A stretch of 32,000 nt of DNA, taken from assembly GCA_016700135.1 (NCBI GenBank), contig CP065004.1:180001-212000 (forward strand). The letters are read 5' to 3'. The position numbers and the translations under genes were made by a program. Positions 24,336 to 32,000 of this stretch are shown piece by piece. The DNA comes from Candidatus Saccharimonadota bacterium (lineage in GTDB: Bacteria > Patescibacteriota > Microgenomatia > UBA1406 > GWC2-37-13). Numbering within the stretch: the stretch's first letter is position 1; each line of letters opens with the position of its first letter. The notes beneath the pieces are model-generated. The model made no database searches, was not told where the DNA came from, and saw only the letters and a program-made list of their open reading frames with translations.

Positions 24336-25286
24336 CTATTCCCTGACTTCTAGTACTCCTTCAAAGTTTTGCTGAAAAGGAATTGTACGGAGTTTTTTCT
24401 CTCTGCAATAAGTTTCGAATCCTTCCGTATCTCTTATAACGAACAAAATCAGCCCTGAACCTTCCTGCTGTCCGCCGGCTCCTGTCACCTTCCCTACACC
24501 GTACGGTGTAAGTTCATCGAGCAATGCTTGTGTGCTTGTTGATACGATCCCAAAGTCGACAAGCAATTTCTGATTTTCTCCAATACACTCGGAAAAAAAG
24601 GTAAGATCTTCTTTCACGATTGATACAACCATCCGTTTAGTCACTTTTTCGATACCGACAAGCGTTTGTTCCATGGCTGAAGTCTCCGTATTGTATTTTT
24701 TTCCGACTAGCTTCACCATATCCGAGGTAGATTCCACAGGTTTTCCGGAATCAATTAATACGAGTTTGTCCTGTATGTTTTTGGGGATTTTGAAGTTGAG
24801 CGCCGAAATATACTTCAAAAACTCAAACTCTTTCCGATAGTAAATAAGCCCGCCGAAGCAGGAAGCACTGACGTCAACTCCTGACGGCATGCCGTGAAAA
24901 TGATGTTCACATTTATAGGCAAGCGAATTGATCGTTTCTTTGTCGTATGGTTTTCCGGTATAGAAATGAAGAAGTGCAGCCACGGTCGCGACACAAAATG
25001 CTGCAGATGAACCCATTCCACGTCCTTCAGGAATCTCGGAACGTACGGAAAAAGAGAATTCCTGATCATGTATATGTACAGACTGTTTTTCCAGATACGC
25101 TTTTACAATGCCGTCACAGTATGCAAAGGCTTCCTTCACTTTTGGATCAAACTTCGAGGGAGTTCCCGTTTGAATCGTAGCAGTGAGAAGTAGATCGACT
25201 GCTGTCACAAGTGCCGGCTTAGTATAGACAACGGAATGTTCTCCTGAAAGAATAATCTTCCCCGGGGCAGAATATGTTATCATCAT
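24336..25286 (-). CDS. mvk: mevalonate kinase (GHMP kinase)
   Basis: APGKIILSGEHSVVY N-terminal motif; GHMP motif PEGRGMGSSAA; C-terminal KVTGAGG. Confidence 0.85.
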   Translation of the reverse strand: MMITYSAPGKIILSGEHSVVYTKPALVTAVDLLLTATIQTGTPSKFDPKVKEAFAYCDGIVKAYLEKQSVHIHDQEFSFSVRSEIPEGRGMGSSAAFCVATVAALLHFYTGKPYDKETINSLAYKCEHHFHGMPSGVDVSASCFGGLIYYRKEFEFLKYISALNFKIPKNIQDKLVLIDSGKPVESTSDMVKLVGKKYNTETSAMEQTLVGIEKVTKRMVVSIVKEDLTFFSECIGENQKLLVDFGIVSTSTQALLDELTPYGVGKVTGAGGQQEGSGLILFVIRDTEGFETYCREKKLRTIPFQQNFEGVLEVRE

Positions 25287-25588
25287 GCTGCAGGTTTGAA
25301 CTTGACTCCGTACTCAACAACATCTTCCGGCCCCACATCACCGACTTTCCGAAAGACCGATGTCACTTTTGCACCGATTTTCCGTTCATCTGCGGAAAAA
25401 TCAACCAGTTGCCCGTAGACAAGTTCCTTTGTATCAAGTTCCACCAGAACAACTGTGTAAGGTGTGATCGAATCAAATTTCGGCGGTGAAACAAACACTT
25501 CCGTCCATGACCTGATAGTCCCGGTATGCCCTAATTTCTTTTTATCCTGTTGTTGTTTACGCCAGACGCGTACTGCACTTTGCGACAT
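25283..25588 (-). CDS. DUF35-type OB-fold protein (thiolase/HMGCS partner), no zinc ribbon
   Basis: 101 aa. OB-fold-like GTIRSWTEVFVSPPKFDSITPYTVVLVELD ... GAKVTSVFRKV. It contains no Cys at all. Sits between the thiolase and mvk genes; 4-nt overlap with mvk. Confidence 0.7.
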   Translation of the reverse strand: MSQSAVRVWRKQQQDKKKLGHTGTIRSWTEVFVSPPKFDSITPYTVVLVELDTKELVYGQLVDFSADERKIGAKVTSVFRKVGDVGPEDVVEYGVKFKPAA

Positions 25589-25590
25589 AA

Positions 25591-26748
25591 TTACGCTCCT
25601 AAAATACTAACTACTGCAACTCCTCCGCTTCCGCCGACGTTGTGAGTCAGGCCGAACTGCGGATTTTTTACCTGCCGTTCTCCTGCCTGTCCGGTCAACT
25701 GGAGATATATCTCTCCTATTTGTTTGATACCCGTACCTCCGACCGGATGACCGGCAGCTTTCAATCCTCCAGATGTGTTTACGATGAGATTACTGCCTGA
25801 ATCACGGGAGGTGACCATCTCTTTCGCCAGCTTACCTCCCTGTCCTTTTTCCCAAAAACCGAGATCTTCCAAGGCCAAAATTTCCGCTATTGAAAAACAG
25901 TCATGTACTTCCATAACATGCACATCCTGTCTGTCTATACCCGCATGATGAAATGCTTTTTCCGCAGCAATGACCGTTGCTTCCAGTGTGTCCAGTTTTT
26001 TCCGTTTTGCAATCGAAATTGAATCAGTCGCGACCTCACTTGCCAGAATGCTTACTGCCTTTGATTTGGAGATCAATTCCTTTTTATTTGAAAGTATCAC
26101 CGCAGCGGCACCGTCTGAGATCGGGGAACTGTCAAGAACCTTTAAAGGATAGGCAACATACGGACTTTCCAGCACATTATCGATTGTCACGTATCTTCTG
26201 AAGTGTGCCTTTTCATTCAGGACTCCATGGGCATGGTTTTTTACGGAAATACTGGCCAAATGCTCCTCACTGTAGCCGTAAGTATCAAGATACATCTGGG
26301 CTAATAATCCATAGACTCCGGGGAACGTCAGCCCGGCTGACTGTTCCTCCACGGATGCTGCAGCAGCAAGACTTCTTGTAATCTCAGAAGCTCCGATATC
26401 CGTCATTTTTTCCGCGCCGAGAACCATCACCGAGGAATCAGGATGACTTTTCAGATACTCATCAGCCGTTTGGAACGCCAAACCTCCTGATGCACACGCA
26501 GCCTCAACACGATATACCGGGACATGTATTCCCGTAAGCTCAGAAATATGTGCTGAAAGCAGAAGGTTCTCTTCAACAACTCCCCCAAGCATGTTTCCCA
26601 AAAAAACCGCATCGATATCAGATGGCTCCAGTTTGGTTTCCTGTAAGATTCCCTGAAAAGCATTTAGAATGAGATCGTCAAGAGTTTTGTCCCAAAGCTC
26701 TCCGAATTTCGTCGAATAGTATCCGATTATTGCGTTTTGATTTTTCAT
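25591..26748 (-). CDS. archaeal-type thiolase (acetoacetyl-CoA thiolase)
   Basis: Trimmed to the ATG at 26748 (MKNQNAIIGYY). The track's longer version overlaps the HMGCS gene. Catalytic Cys context VEAACASGG; MEVHDCF; C-terminal HNVGGSGG. Confidence 0.85.
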   Translation of the reverse strand: MKNQNAIIGYYSTKFGELWDKTLDDLILNAFQGILQETKLEPSDIDAVFLGNMLGGVVEENLLLSAHISELTGIHVPVYRVEAACASGGLAFQTADEYLKSHPDSSVMVLGAEKMTDIGASEITRSLAAAASVEEQSAGLTFPGVYGLLAQMYLDTYGYSEEHLASISVKNHAHGVLNEKAHFRRYVTIDNVLESPYVAYPLKVLDSSPISDGAAAVILSNKKELISKSKAVSILASEVATDSISIAKRKKLDTLEATVIAAEKAFHHAGIDRQDVHVMEVHDCFSIAEILALEDLGFWEKGQGGKLAKEMVTSRDSGSNLIVNTSGGLKAAGHPVGGTGIKQIGEIYLQLTGQAGERQVKNPQFGLTHNVGGSGGVAVVSILGA

Positions 26749-26752
26749 GGTT

Positions 26753-27773
26753 TTAGATAATATGCATGTACTGCATGTATGTGCCGTAATCAATATATGT
26801 TTTTTTCTCGATTGCTTCCCTAAACTGTTTTCTTCGTTCTTCAATAGCCGCCGTCACCTTAAAAAGGATTGCATCTGAACCTGCGCCTGAGCCGTATGAA
26901 GCGAAAAATATTGTATCTCCTGCCTTCGCATATTGCAACGTTGCAACAAGTCCCATCAAAGCAGATGCAGAGTATGAGTTGCCGAGTACCGGCACAACAT
27001 ATGACTTTTCGACTTGCTCCCTGGTAAAACCGAGCTTCTGTGCTGCCTTCAGGGGAAAACTGCCATTTGGCATATGGAACACACCGTATGTGATATCCTG
27101 CGCGGTAATATTCTGTTTTTCAAGAAGGGCTTTTGAGGATGAAAGAATGTGCCTGAAGTATGCCGGTGATCCCGTAAAACGTCCCGCATGTGAAGGATAA
27201 TCGGCCTTTGCACGCCTCCAGAAATCCGGAGTATCGGAAGAATATGAATGCCAGTCAATAATTTCAAGTATTACATCTTTTGTCCCGAGAAGCCAGGCAT
27301 TTGCACCTGATCCTGCTGAGTACTCAAGAGTATCCTTCGGTCGGGCATTTGCTTTATCAGACGCACAGACTAGGGCATACTCGATATCTCCCGACTTCAC
27401 CAAAGCCTGAGCTGAAATAAGGGCTCCTGTTGCCGCTTTGCAGGCAAACTGAGTATCATACGCAAGATAATCATTCGACAGGCCGAGCCAATCGGCAAGC
27501 GATGTAGAAACCGCTTGACTGCATACGGAAACGTTTCTGATCCGATAAATACCGCTCCGATATCTTTTTGAGCCCTTCGTGTCCTGCAAGTGCCATTGTC
27601 GAGGCTTCAAAGGCCATAGTCACCATATCCTCATCACGTCCGGCTACGGCTTTTTCTGTGACACGCAAGGACCGTTCGACCTTGTCGGTACATTTTCCCC
27701 ACTGTCTTGCGACATCATCTACTTTGATCCGATATTTTGGGATATAAAATCCGTAGTCAACAATTCCTATCAT
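26753..27773 (-). pseudogene. HMG-CoA synthase (archaeal type), reading frame broken twice near the 5' end
   Basis: Track ORFs 27471..27773 and 26753..27610 are pieces of one gene. The expected KDIGAVFIGSETFPYAVK segment is encoded in the third frame between them. This implies a 1-nt loss in the run at 27565-27569 and a 1-nt loss near 27513 (AAG CGG for AAG CCG G). The downstream part is intact (FACKAATGAL, HMPNGSFP, SYGSGAGSD). Confidence 0.8.
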
Positions 27774-27774
27774 A

Positions 27775-28933
27775 TTATCTTCCTAATTTTTTATGGGCCT
27801 TTCCAAGGGTCTTCTCCGTAATAGAGGCCAAAAGTGATAATTCTCCCGCCAGCACGGCGGAAACCAAAACTTCTGCTAGTTCATTTTGTGTTTGAAGCGC
27901 CTGTCATACTGCGCGCTTCTGTCTGTGTTTTCAGCTTTGTTCCTCCGCCGACCATGCCGAGCATGACATCAGGCATGTAAACAGAAAAATAAAGATCTCC
28001 GTTTTCACAGACTTCTGCTGTCGTGATGCCGAGTGATCCCTCCACGACATGAGCGATATCCTGTCCTGTCGCGGTAAAAAAAGGCGGCAACGATATTGGC
28101 AAAATGAGCATTAAAACCCATCGAGCCGGACATCATTGATCCTGCCCAGCATTTCATAATGACCGTCTTTGCAAGTGCTTTCGGCGTGACTTTCAAAAGA
28201 TCAATGACAAGTTTTTCCGGAATGACAATCTCCGCTTGACAAACCCTGCCTCTTCCGCGGATGACATTCAGCCATGCCGGTTTTTTGTCAACATCATAAT
28301 TTCCTGCTACTGCAATACATCTCGTGTCAAAATGCCCTTCAATATAGGAAACAATCTGATCAGTCGCAATCGTCACCATATTCATACCCATGGCCTGATC
28401 GGTATCATATACAAAACGCATGTATACATACTTTCCGTTTACTGCCGTTTCTATATCAATAAGTTCAAGGTGAGATGATGTTTTTCGGCTTCTGCTGAAA
28501 GAACTTCAAAATGTGATTGGACTGTCTTAATCAATTCCCGACTGTGTCGGATACTTTTTGTCTCGAAAACCGGACCTCTCGTTGTCCCGACAGGGTCAAC
28601 AGTTGTCATCGCTCCGCCGGCTTGGGAGATGATTTTACATCCACGGCTGACCGATGCGACAAGTGCGCCTTCAGTCGTAGCTAAAGGAATGAGTGTTTCA
28701 TATGTTTTTTCAGAGCCGAGTACTTTAAGAGGACCGGCTACACCGAGCGGAAGAGAGATGGCTCCGACCAGATTTTCACAGTGAATACTTGTTTCCTCAT
28801 CTACCAAAACCCCGGTCAATGACTTTAATGAAACTTGTTTTTCCGTTTCAATCAATGTCCGTCGCTCTTTCGTTGTTTTTGCACTTCTCAAGTTCATGTA
28901 CTTGTAGTCGTACTCCTGGAGAAAATCATTCAC
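27775..28933 (-). pseudogene. HMG-CoA reductase, reading frame broken three times
   Basis: Pieces 28451..28933 ([29 protein letters not shown]), 28005..28421 (DQAMGMNMV), 27881..28111 (GMVGGGTKL) and an unlisted C-terminus ([36 protein letters not shown], stop at 27775-27777). The frame switches map to runs at 28481-28485 (-1), 28076-28082 (+1) and 27884-27887 (+1). GTG start at 28933. Confidence 0.8.
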
Positions 28934-29467
28934 TTACAAAATTCTTACAAAAAGGAATTCTGAAAAACTTCAAAGAATACAAAAGGATTGAATACGGTAC
29001 AACGGCTATCAGATATAAGAGCATGCTGTATACAATCCGGAAAAATCTCAGGCCTGTCGCGAACCTGATCGCAAGATAAGTCACAATAATCTTCCAAAGC
29101 AACATGCCGATCGAAAAACTGACATACAGAAGACTGAAGCCTTTGCCGAGAAAGGACGGTGTGCGGGAGGAGGTATCAAAGCATACAATACGGAATTAGT
29201 AATAAACCAGATGAGAGTCGGGATGAGTGCGTAACTGAAAAGCAGCAGAAATGGGGCAATTTTAATCCGATGTTCTTTTGTCGAAAGAATGGTAAAAAGC
29301 GCAAAATATGTAGCTGTAATAAGATAATGAAACACCGTCATGAAAAACAATACCCAGGGAGCATGAGGATAGGTTCTGAGATTATTTGCAAAGTAAAAAT
29401 AGACTCCGATACAGATAAAAATATACAGAACCTGCAGCATGTCATCATCTTCGGAAATCTCACGCAT
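28926..29467 (-). pseudogene. polytopic membrane protein (Yip1-like topology?), one frame break
   Basis: The track ORF 29081..29509 continues in another frame after ..ALIPPP as RTPSFLGKGFSLLYVSFSIGMLLWKIIVTYLAIRF..., ending at 28926-28928. There it overlaps the reductase GTG (GTGAATGA). The break is at the run 29165-29167. I prefer the ATG at 29467, because the GTG at 29509 abuts a terminator T-tract. Confidence 0.5.
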
Positions 29468-29509
29468 GGCTTTGTATGGAGAAACAATGAGATACAGCAC
29501 ACGACGCAC

Positions 29510-29538
29510 AAAAAAAAAGGAATGAGGAAATCATTCCT
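29510..29538 (-). terminator. intrinsic terminator between the sigma/anti-sigma pair and the mevalonate operon
   Basis: On the minus strand: AGGAATGA TTTCC TCATTCCT (perfect 8-bp stem, 5-nt loop, 29518-29538) followed by nine T (29510-29518). Confidence 0.7.
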
Positions 29539-29550
29539 GCCGACATGTGT

Positions 29551-29793
29551 TTAAAATCCATGTTGAAGAAGAGACACAAGACGAATAAGTAATTGACCGA
29601 CTGTCAAATACAGCAATACGGCAATAAGGATGGAAAGAGGAATAATATAAAGAAACGGAATTCGTTTCAGCGGGGCGGTCAGGAATTTATACCAAGAGGT
29701 CAGGAACTCATTATGAAGATCGTTCGGAGGCAATGAGTATATTTGCTGAAATTTCTGAAATAATTTGTCGGGAATTTCCGATTGTTGATTCAT
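29551..29793 (-). CDS. small single-pass membrane protein, putative anti-sigma factor
   Basis: 80 aa. Starts 3 nt after the sigma gene stop. One TM helix (IPFLYIIPLSILIAVLLYLTVGQLLI). The assignment rests on position only. Confidence 0.4.
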   Translation of the reverse strand: MNQQSEIPDKLFQKFQQIYSLPPNDLHNEFLTSWYKFLTAPLKRIPFLYIIPLSILIAVLLYLTVGQLLIRLVSLLQHGF

Positions 29794-29796
29794 GCA

Positions 29797-30346
29797 TTAC
29801 GCCAAACTGCTATAGATATCGATGAAAGCCTTTCGTGCTCTGAAAAGCAGGCTTTCCGTCGATTTAAAGGATCTCACCAGTACTTCCGAGATCTCCTTGA
29901 CTGATCTGTTCTCTATATACTTTAGTCGTAAAACCAACTGATAATCATGCGGCAGCTCATTGAAAGTCTGTTCCAGTTTCTGTGTCAGTTCGTGTCTTTC
30001 CAGGTCTTCATCCATGACAACGGTTGCCAGACCGTCGACGACAAATGACGGCAGATGTGAGAAAAAGACCCGTTTTATCTTTTTTTTTCCTTATGTGATC
30101 GATGACTTTGTTTCTGGCTATGGTAAACAGAAATGTCTTCACGGAACACTGATATCTGAAATCGCGAATGCTTTCAAGAAATTGTATGAGTATATCCTGA
30201 GTAAGCTCTTCGGCTAGATGATGGTCAGAAAGCCGATTGGTGACGAAATTGCACAATTCAGCATGATATGTTTTGTACAAAGTATGAAGCGCCTGAGAAT
30301 CTTTACGGAGCAGTTTTTCGATCAAAAGCCGTTCATCTTTTTCCAT
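29797..30346 (-). pseudogene. sigma-70 family (ECF-like) sigma factor, one frame break
   Basis: 30008..30346 carries region 2 (FLFTIARNKVIDHIRKKK). 29797..30015 carries region 4 (LPHDYQLVLRLKYIENRSVKEISEVL). They join if the 9-nt homopolymer at 30080-30088 is 8 nt long. Confidence 0.75.
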
Positions 30347-30354
30347 AGGTAACC

Positions 30355-30360
30355 ATTATA
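30355..30360 (-). promoter_or_regulatory. -10 TATAAT, 8 nt upstream of the sigma-factor ATG
   Basis: Minus strand reads CCTGTATAATGGTTACCTATG. Confidence 0.35.
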
Positions 30361-30364
30361 CAGG

Positions 30365-32000
30365 CTAATTAAGTGATACACTGAAGATCTTACCGCCGGA
30401 AATGACGTGTACGGCTCCTTCAAAAATATAGATCCCGATCGCTTTCGCAAATACGCTTGACTGAAGTGTCCTTTGATATTCCCTTCTTTGGTAAGAGCGT
30501 ATACCGATGCCTGTGCCGTATCGAGGACATAAACCTGCTCATCATCCGCTGAGGTATAAATACCGTCAAACTGAGGATTTTCATTGGGGAATGTCGGTGA
30601 AAATGACTCCGGTGCACCCGACAAAAATTTATGGACATCCGTTTTTGTGGAGACATACACGGCTGAATCTATAGACATTCCGGTCGCATTTTCCAGATCC
30701 GAAGAGTCCGAAGTAAGGTATGAATTTTTTATCCGAATACCCGCCTTCAGTCACAAGATATTTATAGATAGCACTTTTTCACTATCCAAAAGATAAATAT
30801 TTCCGTTGTAGATCTCAATATCAGAGATTTTGCCCCACTCGTCATCCGCGGGAATAAGAGAGTTGACTTTGCTCTGAGAGGTGAATTTCATAACTCCTTT
30901 TTCAGGATTGAAGAAGAATACTTCGTCATTGTACAAAGTAACTGCTGTCGCATCAGCCAAATCACCGTTCACATATTGTTCCAGGGATTTTTCTGAAGAT
31001 CGAGCACGTGCACTTTCTTGGCTGCAGTATCGAGAATCGCCAATATATCTTCTTCTTTTCCTATTGCATCGCCCTTGGCATCTTTTTCATCAAGTGCCAG
31101 ATCATAAAATTCATCATACGGTTTTTCTTCACGCTTGAGAATCGCCGATTCAGCATCGGCAATCATGGTCTGAATCTCAGCTAATTGTTGTGCTCTGCTT
31201 TCCCTGCTTCCTGCTTCAGTTGCTCATACTTGGTTTTTGCATCCGATAAAAGTATCAGAGACTGATCCAGGTTCAAAATGCTTCATCTTTTGCTTTATCC
31301 AACGTCTGCTGAATCTCAGTTTTAGTCGTTTCAACTTTTTATCTAAAGCTGCTGCCTGTCTCCGCTGATTGCCCCACATAACACTCCAGGCTAACAGCAT
31401 AAACAAAACGATAACAGTTACAACAATAAATCCCTTGCTGCGGATGATATCCATGATTTTATTCTGTGCTGGTTCTTTCTTGTAGTCAGCCATATCCACC
31501 ATAGGCATTCCTGACAAAGATTGCTGAGGAGGTTGGTAAGAAGGTTCCTCAATCTCAGGCTCAGGTACTGAAAGCGGATCATTTATTTTCGGACCGACCT
31601 CATCAAGAATGGAAGGGGCGGCGACTGCTTCTCTTTTGGTAAACTCTACAAAAGGGCAACAAAACCGGTTTCCTCTTCTCCGTATTCCTCACTGTTAATC
31701 TTTTCAATTATGTTTTGCGGTGGGGACATATCCACAAATGCCTGAATGTCCTCTGAGCTACCGATTACTTCCTGAATTCTTGTTGTAGTAAAGACCGCCA
31801 GATCAAATTCTTTGAGATACCCTGAACCTGAAGTGTCTCCTGAGATAAGCTGATCAAATCGCTGTCCGCGACGGAAGAAAATTTGGCCTTCACCGATTGT
31901 TTTTACATACAAAATTCCATCTATCTCTGTACCTATTGCAAGAGCAACATGGGCTGGAAAATTCAGCGACAAAATGAGGCTGCTCACCGTAGACTCAAAG
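30365..32000 (-). pseudogene. large membrane protein (N-terminal globular domain, TM helix, coiled coil, beta-propeller-like repeats); 5' partial, at least 8 frame breaks
   Basis: Track ORFs 31646..31987, 31224..31517, 30969..31166, 30751..30972 and 30322..30678, plus short unlisted pieces, read as one protein once 1-nt shifts are allowed. The shift sites are about 31650-31653, 31336-31340, 31275-31278, 31192-31196, 30988-30992, 30775-30779, 30725-30730 and 30468-30474. All frame arithmetic is consistent. The inferred native stop is at 30365-30367 (..GGKIFSVSLN). The frame is open to the window edge. Confidence 0.55.

Noticed and set aside
26749-26844. 32-aa N-terminal extension of the thiolase ORF
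   Set aside because: It overlaps the HMGCS 3' end. The ATG at 26748 gives the canonical thiolase N-terminus (MKNQNAIIGYY) 4 nt after the HMGCS stop.
27775-28933. Naturally split (multi-subunit) HMG-CoA reductase
   Set aside because: The pieces overlap or abut in different frames, with conserved motifs running straight through the junctions. The junctions also lack start codons or ribosome-binding sites.
27480-32000. Programmed ribosomal frameshifting or an alternative genetic code as the explanation for the split genes
   Set aside because: There are fifteen sites in five unrelated genes with mixed +1 and -1 directions. There are no shared slippery heptamer or downstream structures. Stop codons of all three kinds terminate intact genes elsewhere. 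Indels fit much better.
1-32000. tRNA, rRNA, tmRNA or CRISPR features
   Set aside because: The intergenic regions are short. I saw no cloverleaf-compatible segment with a GTTCRANNC T-loop outside coding sequence and no spaced direct-repeat array. An automated scan (tRNAscan-SE, Infernal) should still be run.

Overview
The window looks like a chromosomal fragment from a small-genome, AT-leaning bacterium. It is most consistent with Candidate Phyla Radiation / Patescibacteria; this is an inference from gene content, not a search result. Standard genetic code (TGA/TAA/TAG all terminate recognisable genes).

Housekeeping backbone, minus strand: valS, rpmH (45 aa, below the ORF-track cutoff; I found it by hand), yidC and jag. 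There is no rnpA in this cluster. A 0.72-kb IS1595-family element sits exactly between yidC and jag.

Middle of the window: a DUF2298 'YYY' polytopic membrane protein, a GT2 glycosyltransferase and a clan GH-A-like hydrolase. These are followed by an archaeal/eukaryotic-type ATP-dependent DNA ligase, a Fic protein, uppS and two small TrbC/VirB2-like two-helix 'pilin' proteins.

Right part: an archaeal-style upper mevalonate operon (membrane protein, HMG-CoA reductase, HMG-CoA synthase, thiolase, DUF35, mevalonate kinase). Upstream of it (higher coordinates, minus strand) lie a sigma/anti-sigma pair and a large membrane protein.

Most interesting region (76-10329): five genes with no family I recognise.
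- An anchored 186-aa protein.
- A 567-aa polytopic membrane protein.
- Two tandem secreted Cys-rich paralogues. They carry different N-terminal heads on a ~380-aa shared body, about 1.04 kb of which is DNA-identical. Each ends in the same pilin-like helix hairpin seen in the two small proteins at 23.6-24.3 kb.
- A 1344-aa tail-anchored orphan.

Other signals:
- 15 mostly homopolymer-associated 1-nt indels break five consecutive genes between 27.5 and 32.0 kb; I saw none in the first 27 kb.
- A -10-like hexamer recurs 6-8 nt upstream of ATG, suggesting leaderless transcripts.

I found no tRNA, rRNA or CRISPR array.
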